64,000 nt of DNA. Source: Callorhinchus milii (lineage: Eukaryota). Shown in pieces: positions 12,127 to 25,830 of the stretch. Where the stretch lies: assembly GCF_018977255.1 (NCBI RefSeq), contig NW_024704743.1:55864001-55928000 (forward strand). The letters run 5' to 3'. The notes beneath the pieces were generated by a model that saw only the letters and a program-made list of their open reading frames with translations, was not told the DNA's origin and ran no database searches. Each line of letters begins with the position of its first letter. The first letter of the stretch is position 1. The translations under genes and the position numbers were made by a program.

Positions 12127-15100
12127 TGGTTTGGTTAATTGTGTAGCACTGTTCAGAACTAATGACAAATTTAAGTAAATAATTTGATTTGCAATCCTAT
12201 TGCAAACAATATATAAGCATTATGTAGGTATATCACTTGTTGCTCACTCTCTCTGTCCCACCATTGGCAGCCCAGCTTCAGACACTGCACCGTTATTCCC
12301 TAAAATGCTCTTGCAAAATCTCTTTGCCTTTCTTTCTCTCTCATAGTCTTCAAAAATTCCTAATGCATACATTTTTGCCCATTTTTTAGTAAACATCCCT
12401 AACTCACCTTTCTCCCTAAAAGAAAAAGGCAGGTTAATACCTCTGGCCATTAATCTAAATCTCCTTCACAATGTTAATCTATCTTTCTCCTTGACCTGAT
12501 GAAATTTACAGCACCTTCTAACACAGTATTCACGAGATTATAAGATCGGCCTGGATGAAGAAGGCCCTCCTAATCTCATTCCTCCAGAACATTCATCCTA
12601 CCACCCCCATCATTGCATTAAGCTGCTTTTTAAATGAATCTAGTGTCCTGGTCTCGACCACCTTTCCTGGCAACCTGTTTCAGTCATTGATTATTCTCTG
12701 TACAAAGAATTAGCTGTGTCCAAACAATTTTACCCATGTCCTATCTATTTATTTAGAACGACTGGCATATTTAAGAAATATCACATATGTTAAGCACTTT
12801 CAGACATTCAGTCTGAAGTATCTTTTTTTTGTTATTATTGAAACATCTGAGATTCCTCTTCTGTGAGAGAATACATTCTAGAAACAAAATAGTAAAACAG
12901 GGGAAGAAATGAAGAAAAGCAATTTGCAAAGTTCAAAGAATTCTTTGTTGTCAAGACCAATTCTCACTGAACAAATGAGACTTGCAGAAATTTTACTATC
13001 TGTTTAGCAATAACATTTACCCAGTCATTACCATTGGTAGTTACACTTACTATCATTCACGTTATGGCTGTCACATTGCTTTGTGCAAATTGGTTGTCCA
13101 ATTTGTCTATAGTGTAGACAGACACTACACTTTACAGTCAATCATGTGAAGTGCTTTAAGACTTCCCCCTAACATGAAAGACTCCATATCAAATGCAAGG
13201 AATATTATTATTTGTTCTTAAAAATGCAATAGCATCTTCTGTTAAGTTATTTCCCCAGTCTCCACCACACTACTTGCAGTTACACCTTCTCAGTTAAAAC
13301 TGAAATATTTAATAAGTTTTTTATATTCAGCATTTTTTTCTCCTATATGAGAGCCTTCTCTTATTAATAATCTCCTGACCATGAAATATTCAGGAGCCAA
13401 GTTTAATAAACATCTCAAAATGTACCTTTTTAACTGTGCTTTTGGTCATTCACCCTCCCACCCCCCAACCAATCTTCCTCGGCTTCCACCCCCATCTCGT
13501 CAAACACTATGAGACATTCTGCCGACATGAAAAGCACTATATGAATGTAAATTTTGTTGTATTGTGTTACTGAAGCTGTGCCCAAAGGATCAATTGATGT
13601 TCCAGCTTGTGGAAGATCTGTCAGTTCTGAATTGATTTGCTTGGGTGTTTAATGTGAGGAAACAATGCCAGCTGATCTTAGTCCCAATCAGCCACCATGA
13701 TATGAAAAAATACAGTGTGGCATATTATCATTTCCTCAGGTTCTGATTTTTTCCAGATGTAGAGACATCTGCAAGACAAATGTACAAACTTCCAGCTGCA
13801 AAAAGAGCATGACTTCCAACACATGATCACTAATTACACTTTAGTTGCTGGTTCACTGTGCTTATTTATTTAGTTTTATTCTGTACTGGAGTTATTATTG
13901 TTGGCTGATGAATAATTATGTTTACTTCATCGTGAAGGGGCGTTTGCATTTTTAAATGTATTTTTTAAAGTTTTCCCATATTCCTATTCGGCGTTTCTGC
14001 CAAGGTAATGCTTCAAATGAAATCATGACACAGCAACAATTGTTTAGAAGCTGTTATATACATACATTTTTAATGCAAAGGAATACTTGATAATTCTAAA
14101 CGTGTTACGTAATCAGAAATCCAGCATGGACAGCAATGTATCCCCAATTGTAACCATATAGAAGATAGTATCCATAAGTACAGTTGCAGTGTTCTAATAA
14201 GTAGAATTTTGCTTCAAATAAGATGTGTACAATTTGTGATTAATGCATGAGAAGATGATGTTTTAAATAGTACCTTAACAATTCTAACGTTACTTTGATA
14301 CACAGTGAAGCTAACATACTGAAACAGGGTGTTGGTGTGGTGTACTCTCATTGCGGTTATTAGATTGAATTTTTTTCTTTGGCTTTCAAAATTGTAACAT
14401 TTTCCCCCATTAACCTGCTAACATCACTATTTTAACATTTCACTTCATAAATCAATGTCTTCATAATGGATTTTTAAAATGAGCTATCATGACCATCTCA
14501 TGGTAACATGAGTTTCTGAATGCATTCGCTGAAGAGAGTTAACTTGCGATCTACACTATAGAGAACTGGAAAAGGCCTATTGCAGATCAGCTGGCTAGTC
14601 CCTAAAAATACTTTTTAAAAGTAGCCATGGTTTTCCACTATACCTCCCTTAATTTACCAGAAATGCATCTCTTCCAAAGTAACTATTCAACCTTTCACTA
14701 GGGAAATATTTTTTTGGGATTTCCACTAAGTTACTATTAACAAATGTTTCCTCCTATGGATCAATGGACCAACTGATGATTATCTTCCGGCGGTGGGGGG
14801 TGTGGGGTGGGGGGCAGAGATAAGCAGGGACGTTAAACTAGCTCTAAGGCAACATGCTTGGCAACAGAATGTCGGAATAAAGTCAATCCTCTGTGGTGGT
14901 ATCAATAGTTCAGTTTCTGAGCTAGGTAGGTCTGCAGTACTCCAGGGCACTGCTAATGACAGATCAGCCAGGCTTTTTATGTTTTCCATTTAGAACATAT
15001 AGACCCATAAAAAGTTACAGCACAGAAGAAGGCAATTTGGCCCACTATGTCTATGCTGTTTCTTTTCAGAACCAATCCTTTCAGTCCCATTTACCTGCCT

Positions 15101-16228
15101 TTTCCCTATAGCCTTGTAATTTACAAGTGATAATGAAAAGATCAAAGTTCAGAAATTATGGCTGCCACTTTATCATATTCTTTTTGCATAAATGTAGACA
15201 TCAAAAGATGTTTTGAAGGATAGTTCATAAAAAGTTAGTACCATGGGTCACATTTCTTGGACAATAAGAACATTATTAAGATCTATGTTGGGTGATCTGC
15301 ATCAGGAGCATTCAATAAGATAAATATCACATGAACTATTAAATGTGACCCATTCTGTGATCCTGTATATTATATTGCTTCAAATCAGCTTCATGCTATT
15401 CAGCCTGAAGTACCCTAAACGATTAATCCATTCTGCCAAGCTGATTATTAGTCACTGTTCTGAGTGCATAGTGTGGATAGCTGTATGATTAAACATTGTT
15501 ATGGTTGAGTTCTACTTAATGCCAAATAAAATAAATAGCAAAGTTTGATTTTTCTTCTAACCTAACTCCCCACAGAAATAATTTTTTCAGATATTTATTT
15601 TTCTGTGTTTGAACATTCCAGGATAAGCAATGAATGTGCTACAGACAGAAAATTCCTCCCACTTTAATGCCATTGACTGCATCAAGTAGTCTGGCTGGTG
15701 TAGAGTTAGGACCTCAGTGGGAGGGTGAAAATATGTTTCATTTGTATATCAGTCCAATGTACCAATTTTTCAAATTTTGTCAGGGTTTCCGGAGAGAGAG
15801 AGAGGTACTTTTCTCTTCCAGTCCACACTCCAGGAGTTGGCAGATGAGATGTTGATACATTGCTGTGTACCCTCTGTTTGATTCAGAGTTTGAAGCTGTG
15901 CAAGTTGTTGCCAACTTTAAAGCCCACTTTAGGTTGGCCTATGCCCAATGGAAATGAGACAACACAAGCTTGTTTTGAGGCAACACAGGCTTGTTTTGTT
16001 TTAGGGACTCTGACCAACAGTAATGACAGGAAATGTCATTAGTGTAAACTACATTTTACATACTACAATAGAATTACATAGAATCTACAGCACTAAAAGC
16101 AGGCCATTTGGCCCAATAGGTCCAAGTTGCTCTATGTAGGTAAAATGAACCTCCACTCATTCTAATACCTCCTCCATAGATTTTTTCTTCTCCCCCAAAC
16201 CCAGTTATTTTCTTCTTTCGTATATTTG

Positions 16229-16577
16229 GAGTCCCACAACACAGTGGTTAGCATACTAACCTCGCAAGCGAGAGGATTTGGGTTTGATTCCTGGGCAGGA
16301 GTGAAACCTTATGCAAGTTTCCTTACTTCACATCTCTGTTTACCCAACAATAAGTAGGGATCCGGTTGTTGGCGAATCACGTTCCGGTAATAATCCCTCC
16401 AAATAAAAAAATTGTTCACGGAAATCCACGACTGTTTTGGGACACTGCTGTATGCAATTGATTGTGTTTTGCCCACAAAATACAGTCAATCTACTTTGCA
16501 ATACACTCCGTGAAGCACTTCGAGACATCTCAACGACATAAGGAGCTATATCAAATGCAAAGATTATTTATTATTAT
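16229..16577 (+). mobile_element. tRNA-derived SINE, family 2 (Meta-like centre), inserted in a minus-strand CR1 3' fragment (about 16065-16700)
   Basis: Head ggagtccc...cagtggttagc...ggtttgattcc; centre gcaagtttccttac...ctctgtttacccaacaataagtagg; tail ctatatcaaatgcaaagattatt. Confidence 0.8.
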
Positions 16578-17229
16578 GAAGTTTTGAGTTCCTCTCAATT
16601 GCATTGATGCTTTCTACTTCAACCACAGTTTTTGGCAATGATTATCACAATCTCAGCACTCTCTGTGTTACAAAGTTTTTTCTGAACTCTCTTTTACTGC
16701 TCATCTTATAGTATTAGATTAACAGTTGCAAACTATGTTATGCTTTATCTAGTCAAATGTATTAAAATGTATGATACAATTAAAGTTATTATTTGCAGCA
16801 AACCCTTTGTCCATCGTAGGGATCCAAAGTGAATAATGCTGAACTTCCTTCTTTCGTGCAACATCCAAGGCACTATATAAATGGAAATTGCATTGTATCT
16901 TTTTCTATTTTATAAAAGGTTGGTTTCATTCCAATACTTCTCATAATTCAATAAAAATACTATTAAACTTGGCACTATTGGTAGATTGGACCTAGCCTCA
17001 AGACTATTAATGGTGCCTGAATCCCTTTCCTTTGACTTCTTAGAATCCCATTCTGAAAATAATTTCTATTGTCATTCACCGCATTGCTGTTTATGGGATC
17101 TTGAGGTACATAAAACAACTATAGTGTTTGCCTATGAAAAAGTCAATTACATTTGACAATAATTACCGTAAATTCTTTGAGGTGTTTTGACATATAAGAT
17201 ATTCTAAACATGTAAGCTCTTTCTTCAAG

Positions 17230-17785
17230 AACAACAAAAAAATTATATTTGAATAGCCCTTTTCATGTCGGGAGGATGTCCCAAGGTGCTGTACAATCAG
17301 TGTTTCAGATCCGAATTGGGCAGGGGACATGAAGCAGGCCGGAACCAGCTAAGCGGAAGGAATGGGCAGGTGGTAGGGGGTTAGGAGGTCCCAGAGGTAG
17401 GGGGGAGCAAGGCCATTTAGGGTTTTGAAGGTGAGGACCAGTGTCTTGAACTGAATTCTCTGTATGATGGGAAGCCAGTGGAGTTGGGTGAGGATGGGGG
17501 TGATAGGGTCACAGAGCCTGGTGCGGGAAAGGACATGGGCTGCAGAGTTCTGGATGATCTGCAGCCTATGGAGGGAGGATTTGGGGAGGTTGACAAGCAG
17601 GGAGTTTGTGTAGTCAAGCCTGAATGTTATGAATGCGTGTATGAAGGTCTCGGTGGCCTGCAGTGTGAGACAGTGGCAAAGCCGGCCGATGTTGCAGATG
17701 TGGTCGAAGGCAGAGCATGTCATGGCACAGATGTGGGGTAGAAAAAATAGTTGCCGGTTAAACAAGACACCAAGGTTCTGGACTG
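17230..17785 (-). mobile_element. L2 LINE 3' fragment
   Basis: ORF 17349-17828: IHAFITFRLDYTNSLL...LQIIQNSAA...LHWLPIIQRIQFK; CAA-type tail near 17230. Confidence 0.9.
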
Positions 17786-17859
17786 GCAAAAACAAAATGC
17801 ACATTGCCTCCTGTTTACAGTTATACATGTTTCTTCCAATTTTATTTTTAAATTATTGG

Positions 17860-18150
17860 CCTTTACAAGGATTTTACCAGGGATGAATGCATCCAACTAT
17901 CAAGAACGATTCGGCAGGTTGGAGCTTTTCTGTTTGGAGATGAGATGATTGATAGGGGACCTGATAGACATATTTAAGATTATGAAAGGATTCAATAAGG
18001 TGGACGGCTGTCTCCACATGTTGAGTTAAAAATGAGGGTTTTATTATACAGTATAAGGTATGTAGTAGCTGATCTAATAGGGAGTTTAGGAGAAACTTCT
18101 GTATAAATAGAGGGTAGGATGCGACACTCATTGCCAAATGCTGCGGTTGA
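17860..18150 (+). mobile_element. CR1 LINE 3' fragment
   Basis: FTRILPGMNASNYQERFGRLELFCLE..RGDL motif. Confidence 0.75.
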
Positions 18151-19344
18151 AGCATAAAACATAAACAACAACAGCTTGCATTGATATAGTGTCCCTCATG
18201 CAGAGGGTTAAACATAGTGTTGCTCACTTTGACAGACTGAAGAGAAATCTCATATTTTATCCATGGACTCTGTATAGTCTAAAGTAATCTGTTGGACTAA
18301 TGACAATAGTCTAGTTTATGGCAAAGTCTACTGCTGTCTAACATGAAAGAGATATGACAAGGCTATCATTCCTGCACAATATTGAGACCTGAGCAACATC
18401 AACACTCATACTTTAAGTATATGAGTTGCTGCAGTGGCACTTAGATATTCTGAATCAGTACCAAACATCTGCTCAGAGTAGCAGTGAAGAGGCTTTGTAC
18501 ACAGCTTCTCCTGTATCTTTAGTTTTCCCCATTTCAAAGATGTGGTGTAGAACTCTGACCCTTTCATATTGAAGGTCAAATGAATAATTGACCATCACTT
18601 ATTGAACAAGAGATGACGAATGATGCAGTAGGGATTGTAAAATCTGTCTCCCTAATAAACATTCTCCAAACAGTTCTGTGCTCCAAGCAACCATTGGAAT
18701 CCAATGACATTTGCCTCCTCATTCTGTTTTGAAAAGAAAGTCCAAATAATTTTTTTTTAAATAAAATCAAGAATTATTGCCTTATTTTTCCTTTCCTCAT
18801 CTATTTTAACTGCAGTTTTGTTTATCTATGTTTGGGCATTTTTCATTTGGAGCCTTTCTTAAAAAAAACTTGGATGACGTTTCATTGGCCAGTCATCTGG
18901 AAAAAGGTTGTGGCTGCATTTTAGAAACATGACAAGTGGTTCCATTGGGAATCCTGAAGGATACAGAGATAGGAAGCGGAGGAGTGAGAGATACTACAGA
19001 ATTGTTGCTTCTGTGAAAATTGATGAATATAAAAAACACAGGAAAATAATGGCAGCGTTTCCAACAAAACCAGTGATTTTTTTTATTCAATATAAGATCT
19101 TAGCTAGTATTTCAAAAATAGTACAACACCCATGAATCTCACTTGGGAATCATTTTTCGATCCATTACATCAATTGTTAAGAATGATTTAATTTTTAAGA
19201 ATCAGCTGATATTAGCACTTCTCTGTACTTTCCATTTTACTAACCACAACTTCAAACTTTTACATGAAACACATTTTGTTGATACTACTATTTTGTTTTA
19301 GAAATTAAAGAAATCTAATAATGATTCTTGTATAATGGCCCGAA

Positions 19345-19640
19345 AAACAGCCATGAAGTGAAGTGAACAGCCAATTTTATCTGGGAGATTGTTGGCAGGG
19401 AAACTGGGTGAAACTCCTTTCTGTTTTCAAATAGTTCCCTGGGATGTTTCATGTCCACCTGAACAGGCAGATGGACCTCAGTTTAATGTCTCATTCAAAG
19501 GCCAGCACCTCTGAGAATGCATCAGTCCCCCACTGTGTTGGAGGGTCGACTTAGACAATGAACTCAAAGTCCTGATGTTTTCTACCCATGAACTTCTGAC
19601 TCAGGGCCAGTATGCTACTGATTGAGTCTGACTGACATCT
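19345..19640 (-). mobile_element. DeuSINE-type SINE
   Basis: gtccacctgaacaggcagatggacctcagtttaatgtctcattcaaagg...ttctgactcagg. Confidence 0.75.
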
Positions 19641-20269
19641 GAATCCTATTAGCTTTGTGTGACTAACATATTGCTTAGAAACAAATCTAACTCTTAGAAT
19701 ATCAGAATTAGAGCCGTAATATGAAAAGTAATATTGTACTTGAGAATGGTCTTCAGTCACCAGAGCTGGAATGGTTTACAGCTTTGTGTCCCCTTATCCC
19801 AGTTGTGTGATCAATGGTATTAGAGTAGAGATTGAAAGGAATTTGTTTTGTCACATAAGAGTAGATATGTGGAGTGGACTACCAGAAGCATCAGTAACAT
19901 TAAGCCAGTTAACTCCTTCAGAAAGTGCTGCATTTGATTAAGAATGTGATGAAAGTATTTGATTAAGAATGGGATAAAAGTATATAAGGCTAAAAACTGA
20001 CCATCAAAATGCTTTACCCCCACTCCCAGGTATTTTCCGCCTAGTTACACTATTCTAGCTATGAGAACCTGATGATGTGGCTTGTGTTTTAGCAATTGTG
20101 TTAGTCATGTAAAGTGGTCTGGGCAGCAGCTAATGGTATTATTTTTTAATTAAAAAAATGACTCTAAGTTGCTGGCTGCATCGATCTTCAGGAATGCTTA
20201 CTTCATCTCTTGGAGTGAGTGGGAAACCTCAGTGTCCTGTTCAACCCCCAATTGTCATTTAAGCCCTAC

Positions 20270-20810
20270 ATCTGGCTTTCACTCACTCGGCTTTCCATCA
20301 GCTCTGCAACATCGCCTGCCTCCTCCAATATTTCTGACCCCTTTCTCCCCCACACCCTCTTCTCCCCCGGCTGCTGAAATTCTCATTTGCTCCTTCATGA
20401 TGTTCAGGCTCAACTATTGAAATGCATTGCTCAACAGACTCCCCTGCCTGCTCCCTAAAGAAGCTGCACACTCTTCAGAACTCTGCAGCTCATCTATTAA
20501 CCCGGTCCAGGCTCCACAAGCTCACTCGACTCCACTGGCTCCCCATCAACCAGGGAATCAAATTGAAGGTACAATTAGGGTTAGGATTAGTGTTCACATT
20601 CAAATCCCTCCATGGCCTCATCCTTCCTTACTTCAGTGATCTTTCATAACCTGACCACCCTAGCTGTTCCCTTTGCTCAGGGTACACCAGGTGACTCCAT
20701 ATACCCTGCCCTTTCCATTCACCTGACTATTAATGGGCAAACTTTCAGTCATTCTGCCCTCACTCTCTGAAACTCCAAATTAGACTCCCTCAGCCTCTTC
20801 CCCTCCATAT
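20270..20810 (+). mobile_element. Degraded L2 LINE 3' fragment
   Basis: KLHTLQNSAAHLLTR...LHWLPINQGIK. Confidence 0.75.
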
Positions 20811-21145
20811 ATGCTTTGTATTTGAATGTGTCAATTTGCACCCAGCAATGTCCCGCAAAGAGATATAAAATGAATGACCAATTTTATCTGGGGTATTGTT
20901 AGCCAGCATAATGGAGAAATTCCCTTCACTTTTAGAATAGTGCATTTGGATCTTTAACATCCACTTGAACAAGCAGACAGGGCCTTGGTTTAATGTCTCA
21001 TCTGAAGGACTGTTGACATGCAAGCAAATATGTGGCAGGAATTTCCCCAACAAATGGAGAAATACCAGTGTTCTTCACAAACAGGATCCTTAATGCCTAT
21101 CTGAACCCCCATAAAGATTTCAGTATCTCAGTTAAAGGACAGCAT

Positions 21146-22013
21146 TTCCTACAGTTGAATGTGAACAAGACTGAGGCCCTCCCGATTGGCTTGCGCCAAC
21201 GCCTCAGCACCTCAGGCTCTGGCAGCATCAACCTCCATGGTTGCACACTACAACTCTCCAAGCCAGTCAGGAACCTACATGTCTTGTTCGACCCTCAACT
21301 GTCTTTTCTTCCCCACATCCAAGCCATGACCCGGTCTGCCTTCCCTCACCTCCGTAGCATCGCCCGACTCCGCCACTACCTCACCCCTCAGGCCGCTGAA
21401 ACTCTTGTTCATGCCTTCATCACCTCCAGGCTCAACTATGCAAATGCCCTGCTTGTCGGCCTTCCCAACTCCTCCCTCCACAGGCTGCAGGTAATCCAGA
21501 ACTCTGCAGCCCGTGTCCTCTCCCGCACCAAACTCCGTGACCCCATCTCCCGCACTCTCGCCCGACTCCATTGGTTCCCTATCCTTCAGAGGATCCAGTT
21601 CAAGATCCTGGTCCTCACATACAAAGCGCTCCATGGCCTCGCCCCACACTACCTCTGCGACCTCCTAACCCCCTACCAACCCACCCGTTCCCTCCACTCA
21701 GCCAGCTCTGGCCTTCTCCACCTCCCCCGACCCACCCACCCCACCATTGGTGGGAGAGCCTCCAGCCACTCTGTCCCCAACCTCTGGAATTCCATACCCC
21801 AGTCACTTTGCCTCGCCTCCTCCTTAGCCTCCTTCAAATCCCGCCTCAAGACCCTCCTCTTCAACCATCCCATCGGCCATCCCCCCTTCCCTTCCCCTCC
21901 CTTCCCCCCCACCGGCCCCAGCTCGGGTCTGAAATGCTGTATTCTGTCCAACGCCCTTGGACGTCCTCCCGACGTGAAAGGCGCTGTACAAATGTAAAGC
22001 TTGTTGTTGTTGT
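21146..22013 (+). mobile_element. 5'-truncated L2 LINE (ORF2 C-terminus open) inserted in a minus-strand DeuSINE; 5-bp TSD AGCAT
   Basis: ORF 21032-21997 FLQLNVNKTEAL...LVHAFITSRLNYANALL...QNSAARVL...FKSRLKTLLF; (TTG)n tail; agcat at 21141-21145 and 22014-22018. Confidence 0.93.
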
Positions 22014-22582
22014 AGCATCTCCAGTAAAGCAGTACTGCCTCAATACTTCATTAGAGGGTTAATTTAGATTATGAATTTGGATCCTGGTGTGGAGCGCAAA
22101 CCCACACCTTCCATTTAGGTAAAAGCATTAAAAACTCATCCAACTAGAATTATATATGTCAAACAAATTTACATTTTTTTATGAAGATGGTGTACATATA
22201 ACAAATGTTTGGTACCCTATGTTTGGGAAGAGGGAAAGCAAATAACTTCCGTGCAACCAGGGTGTCAATGTAACTCACATTAAAATCAATGTTTACATTT
22301 ATTTTAATTTTGATTTATAGATTAATTATCCAGGAACCATGGGATATGAATTTTGATTTAGAACCCAGTAGAGGCATTGAGTGTATCTCATAGCTTTGTT
22401 ACTCATGAATTATTAGGTGACCCATTCAGGCTTATGACTGGTTTACATTGAGAACTGCTTCAGAAAGTGTTTCTGAAATGACAGCTCTGGTCCTGACAAG
22501 ATCTTACTGTTTATCCCTATCTTAAATTTAACGGTGCAGAAATATGGACGTCTCTTAAATTTGGAAACCGGTCCTTTTATAA

Positions 22583-22890
22583 TAATAATAATCCTTGCAT
22601 TTGATATAGCGCTTTTCACGTCTTCTAGACATCTCAAAGCGTTTCACAGAATATACTGTAAAGTGAATTGACTATATTTGTGGATGAAATGCAGCAGCCA
22701 ATTACGCACAGCAGTGTACCACAGACAGTCGTGGATTGAAGTGATCAATTTTATTATTGTTTTTTTCTTGAAGAATTATTATCAGGTGTGTGGAGTAAGG
22801 AAACTTATCCAAGGTTTCACCCTGCTTGGAATTGAACCCAGATCTCATGCTTGGGAGGTGAGTGCTCGAACCATTGAGTTACAGGACTCC
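22583..22890 (-). mobile_element. tRNA-derived SINE family 2, internally deleted subtype
   Basis: (AAT)n tail at left; head ...ccattgagttacaggactcc at right. Confidence 0.85.
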
Positions 22891-23119
22891 ACAGGACTTT
22901 TCTAGGAAATGTGGACAAAATGACTTTCAAATTAACACTGTAATTGAGAATTTTTCCCACAGTTCAGTGAAATTTTAAATTTTGAGATAAAATGGTCTTA
23001 CAGGCAATGTGGAGACATTGTGCATTTTGTAGGCAAATGAGCAAAACAAAAGAGACTAGAGGCTGGAACACTTGGTAATTTTTGCCTTTGACAGGAAGAC
23101 TGATTGTGTTTATTATTGC

Positions 23120-24005
23120 CTTTTTTTAAAATATATATTTATTTATAAATATAATATTTAGTACAACAGAAATGCAAAACAAACATCTTCTGTTACAATT
23201 TTTCCTTTTCTACCGATACAAAAAACATTCCGTTATTTACGGTACATTCCTTCACCCTGCATAGGTTATCCACACGTTTTTTGGGACGTTCCTTTTAACA
23301 CAGTCGGGAGTCGGGCCTGGCTGGCGATAAAAGGGGGCCTCCCCTTCAGGGTTTTCATGTACGGTCGACGTCTGGGCGAGTCAGCATCTTGCCCTCGGGC
23401 CAGCTGCAGAGGCCAGGAGACCGTGGACCACCTTTTCCTGGAGTATTGTTTCACGAAGGCGGTTTGGAAAAAGATGGAATGGATTCTCTCGCGGTTCGTC
23501 CCTGGGACCCGCTGTCATGGCACTCGGTGCTGTACGGCCTGTTCCCGGGCACTCACAGCGAAACCCACGTCGAGTGCCTGGAGGATCATAAACTCAGTAA
23601 TGGAGGCCCTTTGGCATTCCCGAAACCAGGTGTTCTACTGGCAGAACGAGCGGACAGTGAGGGCCTGCCTCAGGCTCACTCACACTAGGATCAGGGACTA
23701 TATACTCAGGGAAAAGCTGACGTTTGACTCAGCCACAGGAAAGGCCAGATGGGGCCTGACCCCAGCAGGAGCCACTCTGGCACAACCCGCTCAGTGGGTA
23801 GCCCATGAGTGCATCCAAAACTGACTGAAGTAAGGGTACAGAAGGACGCTCGAAATGTAATCAAAGAGAGTACTGAAAATGTATGTGTAGTAAACATGTG
23901 TTTGTACGGTGCACATCGGGCGGCCTTCCGAAAGCGGCAAGTGCGTCTTATCAGGGTGTGTGGGGCGCGCACATGGATGTGGTGTGCGTAGGGGCGACTC
24001 CCAAC
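23120..24005. mobile_element. Tx1-clade non-LTR retrotransposon insertion with 5' inversion; 15-bp TSD
   Basis: + strand AWLAIKGGLPFRVFMYGRRLGESASCPRASCRGQETVDHLFLEY...WRIINSVMEALWHSRN (Tx1 ORF2 C-terminal zinc-finger region). Minus-strand 3' UTR with AATAAA and A-tail at 23120-23265. TGTGTTTATTATTGC at 23105-23119 and 24006-24020. Confidence 0.88.
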
Positions 24006-25454
24006 TGTGTTTATTATTGCATTCAGAGTACTGCTACCTTGGTAGTGTACACCATAAACCACATGGTACACTGGGTCATTAGACCCCACAGCACTGTCTC
24101 ACCTTAAGCTTACTATGCTGCCCATGGTTGCTGCTGTAGTTAAAGCAAACATACTTTGTACCTAATATCTGCTTATCATATCTTTGTAGTGGTTGAAGGA
24201 CTTTGATTGCATACTTTCAAACTCTGTCTATTAAGGATATAAGATTCTGCACGGGTCCATATTTACCCTAATAGTATAGGATTTCATAGTGCATAGAATT
24301 TGGCAAATTCTTCAATAAAGCCTTATGTTTGAAGCCATTTTTCTGTAAATTCTTAAGCAACAATAGACAATACACTCTTTGTACCTAAATTGAGGAATAG
24401 ATGAATGGCTTAAGAATAAGCTGAAATATTACAAGATGTGATTTTGCATGAGGTATACTGTTGTACCTCTGTCCTATATCCAGACAAGCTACTGTAAGCA
24501 CTTACTAACACAAGCGCTGGACATCAGCAGTTCTAAGCACTTAAGATTTATTGGCTTGTGTGGGCAGGTAAAACAATTCAGTCATGGATAATGTTTTCAT
24601 TTATAACCTAGTTTCCTCAATATTTGCGGCTTTAATAGATACCACTAAAGTCTGTCTCTGGAAAGAAACACTATCCATTTTAGAATGACCATATTTCCTG
24701 GTATTACTGTATTTTTCTGTTTATTGGATGCAATGTGTAAAATCAAGTTGCCTCTCTCTGCTTTATTTGATTTTGATTTGATCAATGCAGACCTCAAATC
24801 CCTGAAAATCCTTTAATCAGTTCGGCAATACTGTGCACCTTAAAGTCCCCTGGGGCTTTTCAAGGAAACGTCAGAATTCTGCTAAAAATGTGGGTTCCAA
24901 ACTTACCCTTCAGTAAAATGAGGTACAGGCTTTTGAAGATCTATTCATGGTATTTTTTTGTTTAAAATAATCTGGTTTTGGTAACAGTCTGTCTGCCCTT
25001 GCTCAGCACTCCAACCCAACAATTGCAGACCTGTCAAGCCTCACTCATTTGGAATGAAAGTCACTCGTTCTGGTTTAAACATGTAATCTATTTTGATGTA
25101 TCTCACTTTGAAAACGAAACACCACTCCATCTGTTTAAAAAGGATTGCAATCTGCCTCAATTTTTTCGATCGTAAATCTCACTTGGAACATTTCTCTGAC
25201 GTTGACAGCTTTGGCTATTGTTTCTGATCTCTGATGTTGTTTCCTATGAGGGTATGTAATCTAACCAAGTAATGATGTTTAAGTTGCATTGTTTTACAGC
25301 TGGTTCAGACTTGCTGTGCACATGAAACAGCCGCAGAACAAAAGTCAGCAAATCATAAGTATTACAGACTGCCAGTAGAAACCTTAAAAGTTACATTGGG
25401 GTCCAATTTGTGATATTTGCAAAACAGATTTTCTGTGTTAATTGCATCTTCCCC

Positions 25455-25830
25455 TGGCTCAGCTGGTAACACTCGCACCTCTGAGTCAGAATGTTGTGGG
25501 TTCAAGACCCATTTTGGGATTTTAAATTAATACATTAGACTGACACTACAGTGCTGGGGGAGCACCTTCAGCTGAGATGTTAATGTTCATTTGAAGACCC
25601 CATAACACTGTTCAAAACGAGAAGGGAGTTTCTGCAGGTGTCCTGGCTAACAGTCCCCCAGATAAAATTGATCATTCACACCATGGTTATTTGCTTGGCA
25701 AACTAGTTAATTATAGGCAAACTGGCTGCTGCATTTGCCGAAAAAATAATGCTAAATGCCATAAAGCATTTTTAAATGTTCTCCCGATGTGATCGGTGCT
25801 ATTTCAAATGTATAGATTATTATTTATTTA
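25455..25830 (+). mobile_element. DeuSINE-type SINE
   Basis: Head tggctcagctggtaacactcgcacctctgagtcag...gggttcaagacc; TAT tail. Confidence 0.8.

Noticed and set aside
21032..21997. 321-aa ORF as a host gene
   Set aside because: It is the L2 ORF2 C-terminus read in from flanking SINE sequence.
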